Shown: one piece after another, positions 10,192 through 17,403 of the stretch
Layout: every line of letters starts with the position of its first letter
How positions within the stretch are numbered: position 1 is the first letter of the stretch
Made by a program: the position numbers and the translations under genes
Notes under the pieces: model-generated
Database searches by the model: none
What the model was told of the DNA's origin: nothing
What the model saw: the letters and a program-made list of their open reading frames with translations, nothing else
Assembly: GCA_965262615.1 (NCBI GenBank)
Contig: OZ253545.1
Span: 384,001-448,000, forward strand
Direction of reading: 5' to 3'
From: Alphaproteobacteria bacterium
GTDB taxonomy: Bacteria > Pseudomonadota > Alphaproteobacteria > GM7ARS4 > G965262615
DNA: 64,000 nt

Positions 10192-10998
10192 ATGATGATG
10201 TGGATGCGTGGAATTGTTTATGGAACGGCGTTATCTTTCCTGTTGGTGAGTGATGGCTTGGCGCGTCAAAACAGCGATCTGGAAATAGCGCAGCTGTGCG
10301 GCATTGCTCACGAAATCATGCCGTTGTTGTCTTTGAGACATTGCAAGAAAATCGTAAAAACCGAGAGGGGAAGGAATTGTGACAGTGATTATTTAGGTTG
10401 CTATGAAGTGTCATTGCTTCATGCTGATAGTCTTGTTTTTTCCACTTCTAAAAGGAGCGAGAAGAATCTTTATTATGAGTTACGGATAGCGGATGCGGGT
10501 TGTCGTGGTGCTTATTTAGGTTGTTATGAGGTTTCGTTGCTTCATGCTGATAATCTTGTTTTTTCCACTTCTAAAAGGAGCGAGAAGAATCTTTATTATG
10601 AGTTACGGATAGCGGATGCGGGTTGTCGTGGTGCTTATTTAGGTTGTTATGAGGTTTCGTTGCTTCATGCTGATAATCTTGTTTTTTCCACTTCTAAAAG
10701 GAGCGAGAAGAATCTTTATTATGAGTTACGGATAGCGGGTGTGGGTTGTCGTGGTGATTATTTGGGTTGTTATGAGGTTTCGTTGCTTCATGCTGATAAT
10801 CTTGTTTTTTCCACCTCTAAAAGGAGCGAGAAGAATCTTTATTATGAGTTACGGATAGCGGATACGCGTTGTGATGATGATTATTTAGGCTGTTATGAGG
10901 TTTCGTTGCTTCATGCTGATAATCTTGTTTTTTCCACTTCTAAAAGGAACGAGAAGAATCTTTATTATGAGTTGCGTGTCTCCTCATCAGGCTGGTAA
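10192..10998 (+). CDS. Secreted Cys-repeat protein, paralog 3 (5 repeats)
   Basis: Signal peptide; unit CRGAYLGCYEVSLLHADNLVFSTSKRSEKNLYYELRIADAG. Confidence 0.85.
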   Translation: MMMWMRGIVYGTALSFLLVSDGLARQNSDLEIAQLCGIAHEIMPLLSLRHCKKIVKTERGRNCDSDYLGCYEVSLLHADSLVFSTSKRSEKNLYYELRIADAGCRGAYLGCYEVSLLHADNLVFSTSKRSEKNLYYELRIADAGCRGAYLGCYEVSLLHADNLVFSTSKRSEKNLYYELRIAGVGCRGDYLGCYEVSLLHADNLVFSTSKRSEKNLYYELRIADTRCDDDYLGCYEVSLLHADNLVFSTSKRNEKNLYYELRVSSSGW

Positions 10999-11000
10999 CT

Positions 11001-11804
11001 ATGATGATGTGGCTGCGTGGAATTGTTTATGGAACGGCGTTATCTTTCCTGTTGGTGAGTGATGGCTTGGCGCGCCAAAACAGCGATCAAGCAACGGTGC
11101 AGCTGTGCCAGATTATTCACGGCATCATGCCATTGTTGTCTGTGGACAATTGCAAGAAAATCTTAAAAACCAAGAAAGGAAGTTGTCGTGGTGATTATTT
11201 AGGCTGTTATGAAGTATCATTGCTTCATGCTGATAGTGGTGTCTTTTACACTTTGAATCGCAACGAGCGGAATCTTTATTATGAGTTGCGGATAGCGGAT
11301 GCGGGTTGTCGTGGTGATTATTTAGGCTGTTATGAAGTGTCGTTGCTTCATGCTGATAGTGGTGTCTTTTACACTTTGAATCGCAATGAGCGGAATCTTT
11401 ATTATGAGTTACGGATAGCGGATGCGGGTTGTCGTGGTGATTATTTAGGCTGTTATGAAGTGTCGTTGCTTCATGCTGACAGTGGTGTCTTTTACACTTT
11501 GAATCGCAACGAGCGGAATATTTATTATGAGTTACGGATAGCGGATGCGGGTTGTCGTGGTGATTATTTAGGCTGTTATGAAGTATCATTGCTTCATGCT
11601 GACAGTGGTGTCTTTTACACTTTGAATCGCAACGAACGGAATATTTATTATGAGTTACGGATAGCGGATGCGGGTTGTCGTGGTGCTTATTTAGGCTGTT
11701 ATGAAGTATCATTGCTTCATGCTGATAGTGGTGTCTTTTACACTTTGAATCGCAATGAGCAGAATATTTATTATGAGTTACGGGTCTCCCCATCAGGCTG
11801 GTAA
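11001..11804 (+). CDS. Secreted Cys-repeat protein, paralog 4 (5 repeats, four CRGDYLGC)
   Basis: Signal peptide; unit CRGDYLGCYEVSLLHADSGVFYTLNRNERNLYYELRIADAG. Confidence 0.85.
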   Translation: MMMWLRGIVYGTALSFLLVSDGLARQNSDQATVQLCQIIHGIMPLLSVDNCKKILKTKKGSCRGDYLGCYEVSLLHADSGVFYTLNRNERNLYYELRIADAGCRGDYLGCYEVSLLHADSGVFYTLNRNERNLYYELRIADAGCRGDYLGCYEVSLLHADSGVFYTLNRNERNIYYELRIADAGCRGDYLGCYEVSLLHADSGVFYTLNRNERNIYYELRIADAGCRGAYLGCYEVSLLHADSGVFYTLNRNEQNIYYELRVSPSGW

Positions 11805-11806
11805 CT

Positions 11807-12733
11807 ATGATGATGTGGATGCGTGTGATTGTTTATGGAACGGCGTTATCTTTCCTGCTGGTGAGTGATGTCTCGGCGCGCTCTCAAGAGACAGTGCTGT
11901 GCCACATTGTTCACAGCGTCATGCCATTGTTGTCTGTGGACAATTGCAAGAAAACCTTACAAACCAAAAGAGGAAGACGTTGTTCCAGTGACCGTTATTT
12001 AGGCTTTTATGATGTATCGTTGCTTTATTCTGCGGATGATATTTTTCGTGGATTGGGTGACGATCATCGGGATATTTACTATCAACTTCGGATAGAAGAT
12101 GATGGCTGTGCCAGTGACCGTTATTTAGGTTTTTATGATGTATCGTTGCTTTATTCTGCGGATGATATTTTTCGTGGATTGGGTGACGATCATCGAGATA
12201 TTTATTACCAACTTCGGATAAAAGATGGTGGTTGTTCCAGTGACCGTTATTTAAGCTGTTATGATGTATCGTTGCTTTATTCTGCGGATGATATTTTTCG
12301 TGGATTGGGTGACGATGCTCGGGATATTTACTATCAACTTCGGATAGAAGACGGTCGCTGTTCCAGTGCTTATTTAGGCTGTTATGATGTATCGTTGCTT
12401 TATTCTGCGGATGATATTTTTCGTGGATTGGGTGACGATGCTCGGGATATTTACTATCAACTTCGGATAGAAGATGGTCGCTGTTCCAGTGCTTATTTAG
12501 GCTGTTATGATGTGTCGTTGCTTTATTCTGCGGATGATATTTTTCGTGGATTGGGTGACGATGCTCGGGATATTTACTATCAACTTCGGATAGAAGATGG
12601 TCGCTGTTCCAGTGCTTATTTAGGCTGTTATGATGTGTCGTTGCTTTATTCTGCGGATGATATTTTTCGTGGATTGGGTGACGATGCTCGGGATATTTAC
12701 TATCAATTCCGTGTCTCCTCATCAGGCTGGTAA
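11807..12733 (+). CDS. Secreted Cys-repeat protein, paralog 5 (6 repeats)
   Basis: Signal peptide; unit CSSAYLGCYDVSLLYSADDIFRGLGDDARDIYYQLRIEDGR. Confidence 0.85.
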   Translation: MMMWMRVIVYGTALSFLLVSDVSARSQETVLCHIVHSVMPLLSVDNCKKTLQTKRGRRCSSDRYLGFYDVSLLYSADDIFRGLGDDHRDIYYQLRIEDDGCASDRYLGFYDVSLLYSADDIFRGLGDDHRDIYYQLRIKDGGCSSDRYLSCYDVSLLYSADDIFRGLGDDARDIYYQLRIEDGRCSSAYLGCYDVSLLYSADDIFRGLGDDARDIYYQLRIEDGRCSSAYLGCYDVSLLYSADDIFRGLGDDARDIYYQLRIEDGRCSSAYLGCYDVSLLYSADDIFRGLGDDARDIYYQFRVSSSGW

Positions 12734-12735
12734 CT

Positions 12736-13539
12736 ATGATGATGTGGATGCGTGGAATTGTTTATGGAACGGCGTTATCTTTCCTGTTGGTGAGTGATGG
12801 CTCGGCGCGATTCGATGGTCGTCAAGAGACGGTGCTGTGCAAGATTGTTCACGAAATCATGCCGTTGCTGCCTGTGACCAATTGTAAGAAAATCTTACAA
12901 TCTAAAAGGGGAAGTGAATGTTCCAGTGCTTATTTAGGCTGTTATGAAGTGTCGTTGCTTTTTGCTGATAGCCGTTCCTTTTATACTTGGGATAGCAAGG
13001 AAGGGAATATTTATTATGAGTTACGGATAGCCGATTCGGATTGTGTTGGTGCTTATTTAGGTTGTTATGAGGTGTCACTGCTTTTTGCTGATAGCCGTTC
13101 CTTTTATACTTGGGATAGCAAGGAAGGGAATATTTATTATGAGTTACGGATAGCCGATTCGGATTGTGTTGGTGCTTATTTAGGCTGTTATGAGGTGTCG
13201 TTGCTTTTTGCTGATAGCCGTTCCTTTTATACTTGGGATAGCAAGAAAGGGAATATTTATTATGAGTTACGGGTAGCTGATTCGGATTGTGTTGGTGCTT
13301 ATTTGGGTTGTTATGAGGTGTCACTGCTTTTTGCTGATAGCCGTTCCTTTTATACTTGGGATAGCAAGGAAGGGAATATTTATTATGAGTTACGGATAGC
13401 CGATTCGGACTGTAGTGGTGCTTATTTAGGTTGCTATGAGGTTTCATTGCTTCCTGCGAAGAGTCGTTCTTTTTATACTTGGGATAGCAATGAGGGGAAT
13501 ATTTATTATGAGTTTCGGGTCAACCCATCGGGCGGGTAA
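12736..13539 (+). CDS. Secreted Cys-repeat protein, paralog 6 (5 repeats)
   Basis: Signal peptide; unit CVGAYLGCYEVSLLFADSRSFYTWDSKEGNIYYELRIADSD. Confidence 0.85.
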   Translation: MMMWMRGIVYGTALSFLLVSDGSARFDGRQETVLCKIVHEIMPLLPVTNCKKILQSKRGSECSSAYLGCYEVSLLFADSRSFYTWDSKEGNIYYELRIADSDCVGAYLGCYEVSLLFADSRSFYTWDSKEGNIYYELRIADSDCVGAYLGCYEVSLLFADSRSFYTWDSKKGNIYYELRVADSDCVGAYLGCYEVSLLFADSRSFYTWDSKEGNIYYELRIADSDCSGAYLGCYEVSLLPAKSRSFYTWDSNEGNIYYEFRVNPSGG

Positions 13540-13544
13540 TTATT

Positions 13545-13860
13545 TTATTTTTGTTGTTTGAGACACTCGCGCTCCAGAATTTGAATTTTGTGAAAATCCC
13601 GTGGCGAGATATGCAGATGTGCGAGGCGTGCGGCAATGGACAGGGCGTTGTAATCCAGCCCAATCCACTGTCCTGAGGGAGCGATGCGCCACTGGGTGAT
13701 GACCAGCAAAAAAAGCCGCAACGCGCGCTCATTGGATGGCAACAGTGTGAATTCGTGCGGTGCGTGGGCATCAATCACCTCTTGCGGTGCGCCCAGAGCC
13801 TTGAGGTCATTGTGGCGGGCAGTGCCGTCCGTCAGGAGGTGACGGACGGCACCGATGAGT
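13545..13860 (-). CDS. Tail assembly chaperone, -1 frame extension (lambda T-like, DUF1799-like)
   Basis: TQWR, GLDYNAL, IQILERECL; frame is open from the slippery site at ~13860 to the stop at 13545. Confidence 0.8.
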
Positions 13861-13867
13861 TTTTTTC
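13822..13867 (-). promoter_or_regulatory. Programmed -1 ribosomal frameshift signal (A AAA AAC plus 13-bp hairpin)
   Basis: Minus strand GAA AAA AAC, 6-nt spacer, then GTGCCGTCCGTCA-cctcc-TGACGGACGGCAC perfect stem. Confidence 0.88.
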
Positions 13868-14191
13868 AGACGCTGCTCCCGACAAGGATTCAATATAAGC
13901 TTTGAGCAATGCCGCGCGAATGTAGGGGATGTCAATCATGCGCTTTTTCCAATGGTCATCAAAGGGCAGTGGCTGGTCGTGTTCATCCACTATGTCACGC
14001 CAGCCCACAAGAACCTTGTGAAGCAAGCGCACATCGCCATTGTCGCCATCATCCACCAGCTGACGCAAAGACTGCTGTCCCATCTCCACAAAGCAGGCGG
14101 TGAATTGTTGCTGCTGGATGCCGTTTTCTGAAGGCACGCTCACCACAATGGGGCACGCAAAGCGGCGGTCAATGATGATTTTAAAGCTCAT
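13832..14191 (-). CDS. Tail assembly chaperone (lambda G-like)
   Basis: Follows tail tube gene; VLVGWRDIVDE..PLPF; ends in EKN slippery site. Confidence 0.8.
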   Translation of the reverse strand: MSFKIIIDRRFACPIVVSVPSENGIQQQQFTACFVEMGQQSLRQLVDDGDNGDVRLLHKVLVGWRDIVDEHDQPLPFDDHWKKRMIDIPYIRAALLKAYIESLSGAASEKNSSVPSVTS

Positions 14192-14200
14192 GATGCGTGC

Positions 14201-15124
14201 CTATTGGGTGGTGATGGTGAGTTCATCATTGCCCTCATGGGGCAGCAGATGCATGTCAAATTTGAGGGTGCGAATGCCGTCTCGGTCACCGTAGCTGGGC
14301 TGTGTCAATTGAACTTTGGGCGCGCTCCATCCCACAACAGAGCCGCTTTTTGTGCCCAAAGTGAGCGAAAAAATGCCTGTGGCGGCGTTTTCCATCTTGT
14401 CAAAAAAGTTGAACGACGAGACGGACGGGTCTTTAATCTCAATGCTTCCTGTGGCGTGACGCTCCGTGATCTCCACCGATTCAGAATTCATGTAAGAGAT
14501 GAATGGCGCAGAGACTCCCATATCCAATGAGAGCGAGGCGGTGGTGACATTGCGTCCAAACAGCACCATGCTGGCGACCTCATTTTTTGACAGTGTGAGA
14601 GGCGTTTTGAAGGCACTGTAATTGGCATTGGGCAAGGATGCAGCCTCTGGAGTCTGGTAGAGTCCCCTGAAGGTGAAAGAAAGAGACGGGTAGTCGTTGG
14701 CGTTCAAAGAGGCATTGAAGGTGCCGCGCGCACCCGTGACCTTATGCAATGTGCCATCCTGATACACATAAAAAGTGAGGGAGGAAAAATGATCGGAGAT
14801 GGGCTTGTAGAAAACGGCGTTGCTGGTGCTGTTTTGCTTAAATCCGCATCCCTTGAGCAACAAAGCCCATGCGGGGGCGACATTTTTTGTTCCCGAACCG
14901 GCGGCGGTGACGGAGAACGATAATTGCACATGGCGATTGGACAGGGCGGCAAAATTGCCACCAAGCCACTGTTTGACGGCGGGCAGCTCTTTGCGTTCAG
15001 CATTGAGAGGCGATATGTCAAGATCGCTGACCTCAATGGCATTGGTGCTGGCGGACGGTGTGGCATCTCGAGCGTAAGAGCTCTCAAGGGCGGCGAGGAT
15101 GACTCGTTTTTTGGTCAGAGGCAT
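14201..15124 (-). CDS. Major tail tube protein
   Basis: AALESSY, LLKGCGF, HKVTGARGTF, LSFTFRGLY, YGDRDGI; position in module. Confidence 0.8.
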   Translation of the reverse strand: MPLTKKRVILAALESSYARDATPSASTNAIEVSDLDISPLNAERKELPAVKQWLGGNFAALSNRHVQLSFSVTAAGSGTKNVAPAWALLLKGCGFKQNSTSNAVFYKPISDHFSSLTFYVYQDGTLHKVTGARGTFNASLNANDYPSLSFTFRGLYQTPEAASLPNANYSAFKTPLTLSKNEVASMVLFGRNVTTASLSLDMGVSAPFISYMNSESVEITERHATGSIEIKDPSVSSFNFFDKMENAATGIFSLTLGTKSGSVVGWSAPKVQLTQPSYGDRDGIRTLKFDMHLLPHEGNDELTITTQ

Positions 15125-15133
15125 GGGATTCTC

Positions 15134-15571
15134 CTAAGGTTGGATGGTTTTTTGAGTGACGAATTGATCCTCCCACCACAGAACACCTTTGCCGAATTGA
15201 ACGAGGCGTCCTTTGATAAAATCGGGGGCACTGTGGGTGTCGTCTTGCTGTTTTTTGATGAGAGGAATCAGAGCCGTGCGCGCTTTGAGCACATGAGTCA
15301 GTTGTCCCAAAGAGCCGGTGTGGCGCGGTTGTTGATGAGACGCTTGATAGCACTGCAGAATGGAAAAGCGCACAGCGATTGTTTGTGAGCCATCGGAAAA
15401 ACGGCTGCTTTTGGCATTTTCCTCAAGGGGCACCACATATGCTGCGGGCAGCTGATGGGATGGCGGGGCATCTTTTTTGTTGGCAATCATCATCACCGAG
15501 CCACTGCTGGCAAAGAGGTCGTCAGCGGTCAGTTGGGTGATGATGGATTGAAAGAAACGGCGGCTGTCCAT
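15134..15571 (-). CDS. Tail terminator / neck protein (putative)
   Basis: PAAYVVPL, GVLWWEDQF; lies between adaptor and tube genes. Confidence 0.65.
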   Translation of the reverse strand: MDSRRFFQSIITQLTADDLFASSGSVMMIANKKDAPPSHQLPAAYVVPLEENAKSSRFSDGSQTIAVRFSILQCYQASHQQPRHTGSLGQLTHVLKARTALIPLIKKQQDDTHSAPDFIKGRLVQFGKGVLWWEDQFVTQKTIQP

Positions 15572-15575
15572 GATG

Positions 15576-15980
15576 CTAAAAGGAAGACAGCCGTGAGCCG
15601 CTCAATTGACGAGGATGAGCCTGCCATTTCACTTCATTGGTGTCTGTGGGTGGTTGGTTGAGATCGTAAGTGCCGTGGGCGATGTCTTCCAGCATTTGTT
15701 TGGCATCTTGATAGCGTTTGCGCACTTCGTCACTGGGGTCGGTGGTGTGAAGGCGAAAGCGCGCAATATCGCATGCCAAAATGGTGAGCAGAGGGAATGT
15801 CTCGGAGAGCGGCAGCTGATAGCGTTTGAGCAAGTAAATATTGATCTCGGCATCGGCATCCTCTAAGGCGCGCGTGACGATGCTTGAATTGATGGTGGTC
15901 TGATTGACACGGTCGGTGAGGGCAATGAGTTCATCTTGCCCAAATTTTTTCTTGAGGTCGTCCAAAGAGGCGTATGACAT
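15576..15980 (-). CDS. Mu gp36-like head-tail adaptor (DUF1320)
   Basis: MSYASLDDL, ALEDADAEINIYL..RYQLPL, ACDIARFRL. Confidence 0.88.
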   Translation of the reverse strand: MSYASLDDLKKKFGQDELIALTDRVNQTTINSSIVTRALEDADAEINIYLLKRYQLPLSETFPLLTILACDIARFRLHTTDPSDEVRKRYQDAKQMLEDIAHGTYDLNQPPTDTNEVKWQAHPRQLSGSRLSSF

Positions 15981-16038
15981 GGAAAAATCCTTGTTGGTGT
16001 GTGCCTCAGCCGTTGTGTGCGGCTGAGGCACGAGGCGG

Positions 16039-16938
16039 TTATGCGAGGCGCGGCTCTATATGAACATCCACCACATTGTGATTGACATTGGATGAGCCAT
16101 TGCTGAGTCGTTCGGCTTTGACGACCGCATAGGCGGCGGCACGCAAGGCGGGCGGAACGATGAGCAAGTTGGGCATGATATTCAAAGGACGCTCGTTGTC
16201 ACCTTTGAGGCTCATCATGGCACTCATGGCTTGATTGAAATTGTCGCTGGTGAGAGCAGCTTTTGAGCCATATGCCAGTTGCCACAATCCGTATCCTGCG
16301 GCGGCGCGTGCATCCACGCCGTAGATGTACTCTTTGCGGTAGAAGACATTATCATCGCCGTCATCATCTTTGCGCATGAGCGTGGGGGCTTTGCGAGTTT
16401 GATAGATGAGGGGTTTGATGGCGCGATGGCGATCCACGAGGAACCAAGGCGTTTTGTCACCGGTTTGCATGTTGGAGGCGGTTTTCTTTTTGCCATTGGC
16501 ATCGGTGACGGGATGACTGGTGTCAAAGAAAGGACGCCCGTCATAGCCTGTTTTGGTGAAGCCGTCATTGAGCAGGGGCCAGACGAGATCATCGGGCAGT
16601 TGAGCGGCGGCATCTCCCATGTTGGCGAACAGCAGTTTGTATGCGCCCAGTTGTTCGTCTTCAATGTCGTTGCGAGCAACGGCGAGGGTGAGTTCCCAGT
16701 CTTCGTTTTCAATGGAAAAGCCGTGTTGCGAGACTCCTCGCACCACGCGATCGCCCACCCAAGGACGCAAAGCGGGCAGATCGCCCAGCCAAGGATAGGT
16801 GTTACGCGTGGTATTAGAGGGGGCATCCATAGCCACATGGGAGTAGCTCGCCCGATGACCCTCAAAGGCTTCGGCGAAAGATTCATTGAAGCCCACATAA
16901 GCGGACTCAAGAATGTCGGGGGTGATGGTGATTGCCAT
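16039..16938 (-). CDS. Mu-like major capsid protein (gpT family)
   Basis: YPWLGDLP, WVGDR, YDGRPFFDTSHP, KPLIYQTR, YGVDARAAAGYGLWQLAYGS. Confidence 0.93.
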   Translation of the reverse strand: MAITITPDILESAYVGFNESFAEAFEGHRASYSHVAMDAPSNTTRNTYPWLGDLPALRPWVGDRVVRGVSQHGFSIENEDWELTLAVARNDIEDEQLGAYKLLFANMGDAAAQLPDDLVWPLLNDGFTKTGYDGRPFFDTSHPVTDANGKKKTASNMQTGDKTPWFLVDRHRAIKPLIYQTRKAPTLMRKDDDGDDNVFYRKEYIYGVDARAAAGYGLWQLAYGSKAALTSDNFNQAMSAMMSLKGDNERPLNIMPNLLIVPPALRAAAYAVVKAERLSNGSSNVNHNVVDVHIEPRLA

Positions 16939-16965
16939 AGTGATTAGTCTCCTTACGGTATGTGG

Positions 16966-17385
16966 TTAGTTGATGATGACCCAGACACTTTTGTTATCAT
17001 TGTCCAGAGCAAGCACTGTGCCTGCTGATTTGCGGGCATTGCTGTTGCTGTTGGTGCTGACGGTTTGGTCATCCATGGCATAGACGGTTGTGCCGATGTG
17101 TGACGGGGTGACCTTGTGGCTGTTGCTTGTGTCATTGTCAAACAGAAAGACACCTCGCTCCAAAGTGACAGTGGCATTGCCTGCGGTGGTTTGAGCATCA
17201 ATACCTGTTTGGGCGATGCCCATGATGGGGCTGTTGGCAGAAGCGTGTCCTGCCGGCACGGCATAGCCATGGCGATCAAGGGCGACCATAGCGCCGGCAT
17301 AGAGGGTGACCGATGCCGCAACAGAATAGGCAACGCTTGTGCCATCACGGCGAGCGGTCGGTTTGTCTTGGGTGAGCGCAGTCAT
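16966..17385 (-). CDS. Capsid decoration/cement protein (putative)
   Basis: MTALTQD, LYAGAMVAL, ERGVFLFDN, VYAMDDQTV; lies between protease and capsid. Confidence 0.7.
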   Translation of the reverse strand: MTALTQDKPTARRDGTSVAYSVAASVTLYAGAMVALDRHGYAVPAGHASANSPIMGIAQTGIDAQTTAGNATVTLERGVFLFDNDTSNSHKVTPSHIGTTVYAMDDQTVSTNSNSNARKSAGTVLALDNDNKSVWVIIN

Positions 17386-17403
17386 AAAGCTCTCCTTATG
17401 AGG

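Larger units (their letters stand above)
8565..13539 (+). repeat. Hierarchical tandem array: six ~0.8-0.9 kb paralogous cassettes containing 31 ~123-bp repeat units
   Basis: Recurring TTATTTAGGYTGTTATGA and TATTATGAGTTACGGATAG / TATCAACTTCGGATAG blocks; conserved junction GGTAACTATGATGATGTGG. Confidence 0.97.

Noticed and set aside
9370-12800. Integron cassette array (TAAC at each stop codon)
   Set aside because: Only 2 nt between genes, no palindromic attC structure, no intI; the xerC at 25 kb is in its normal chromosomal context
9507-13447. Long His/Asn/Lys-rich antisense ORFs on the phage strand
   Set aside because: Shadows of the repeats: changes silent on the + frame alter these ORFs, and none is called opposite paralogs 1 and 3
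8750-13539. CRISPR array (constant ~30-bp blocks alternating with variable sequence)
   Set aside because: The would-be spacers repeat within each gene, the period keeps the reading frame, variation is mostly synonymous, and no cas genes are present
8565-13539. Diversity-generating retroelement
   Set aside because: No reverse transcriptase in the window, no non-coding template repeat, and differences are not adenine-specific
8565-13539. Multi-core RiPP precursors
   Set aside because: Leader looks like a Sec signal, and no modifying enzymes, peptidase or transporter lie nearby; not fully excluded
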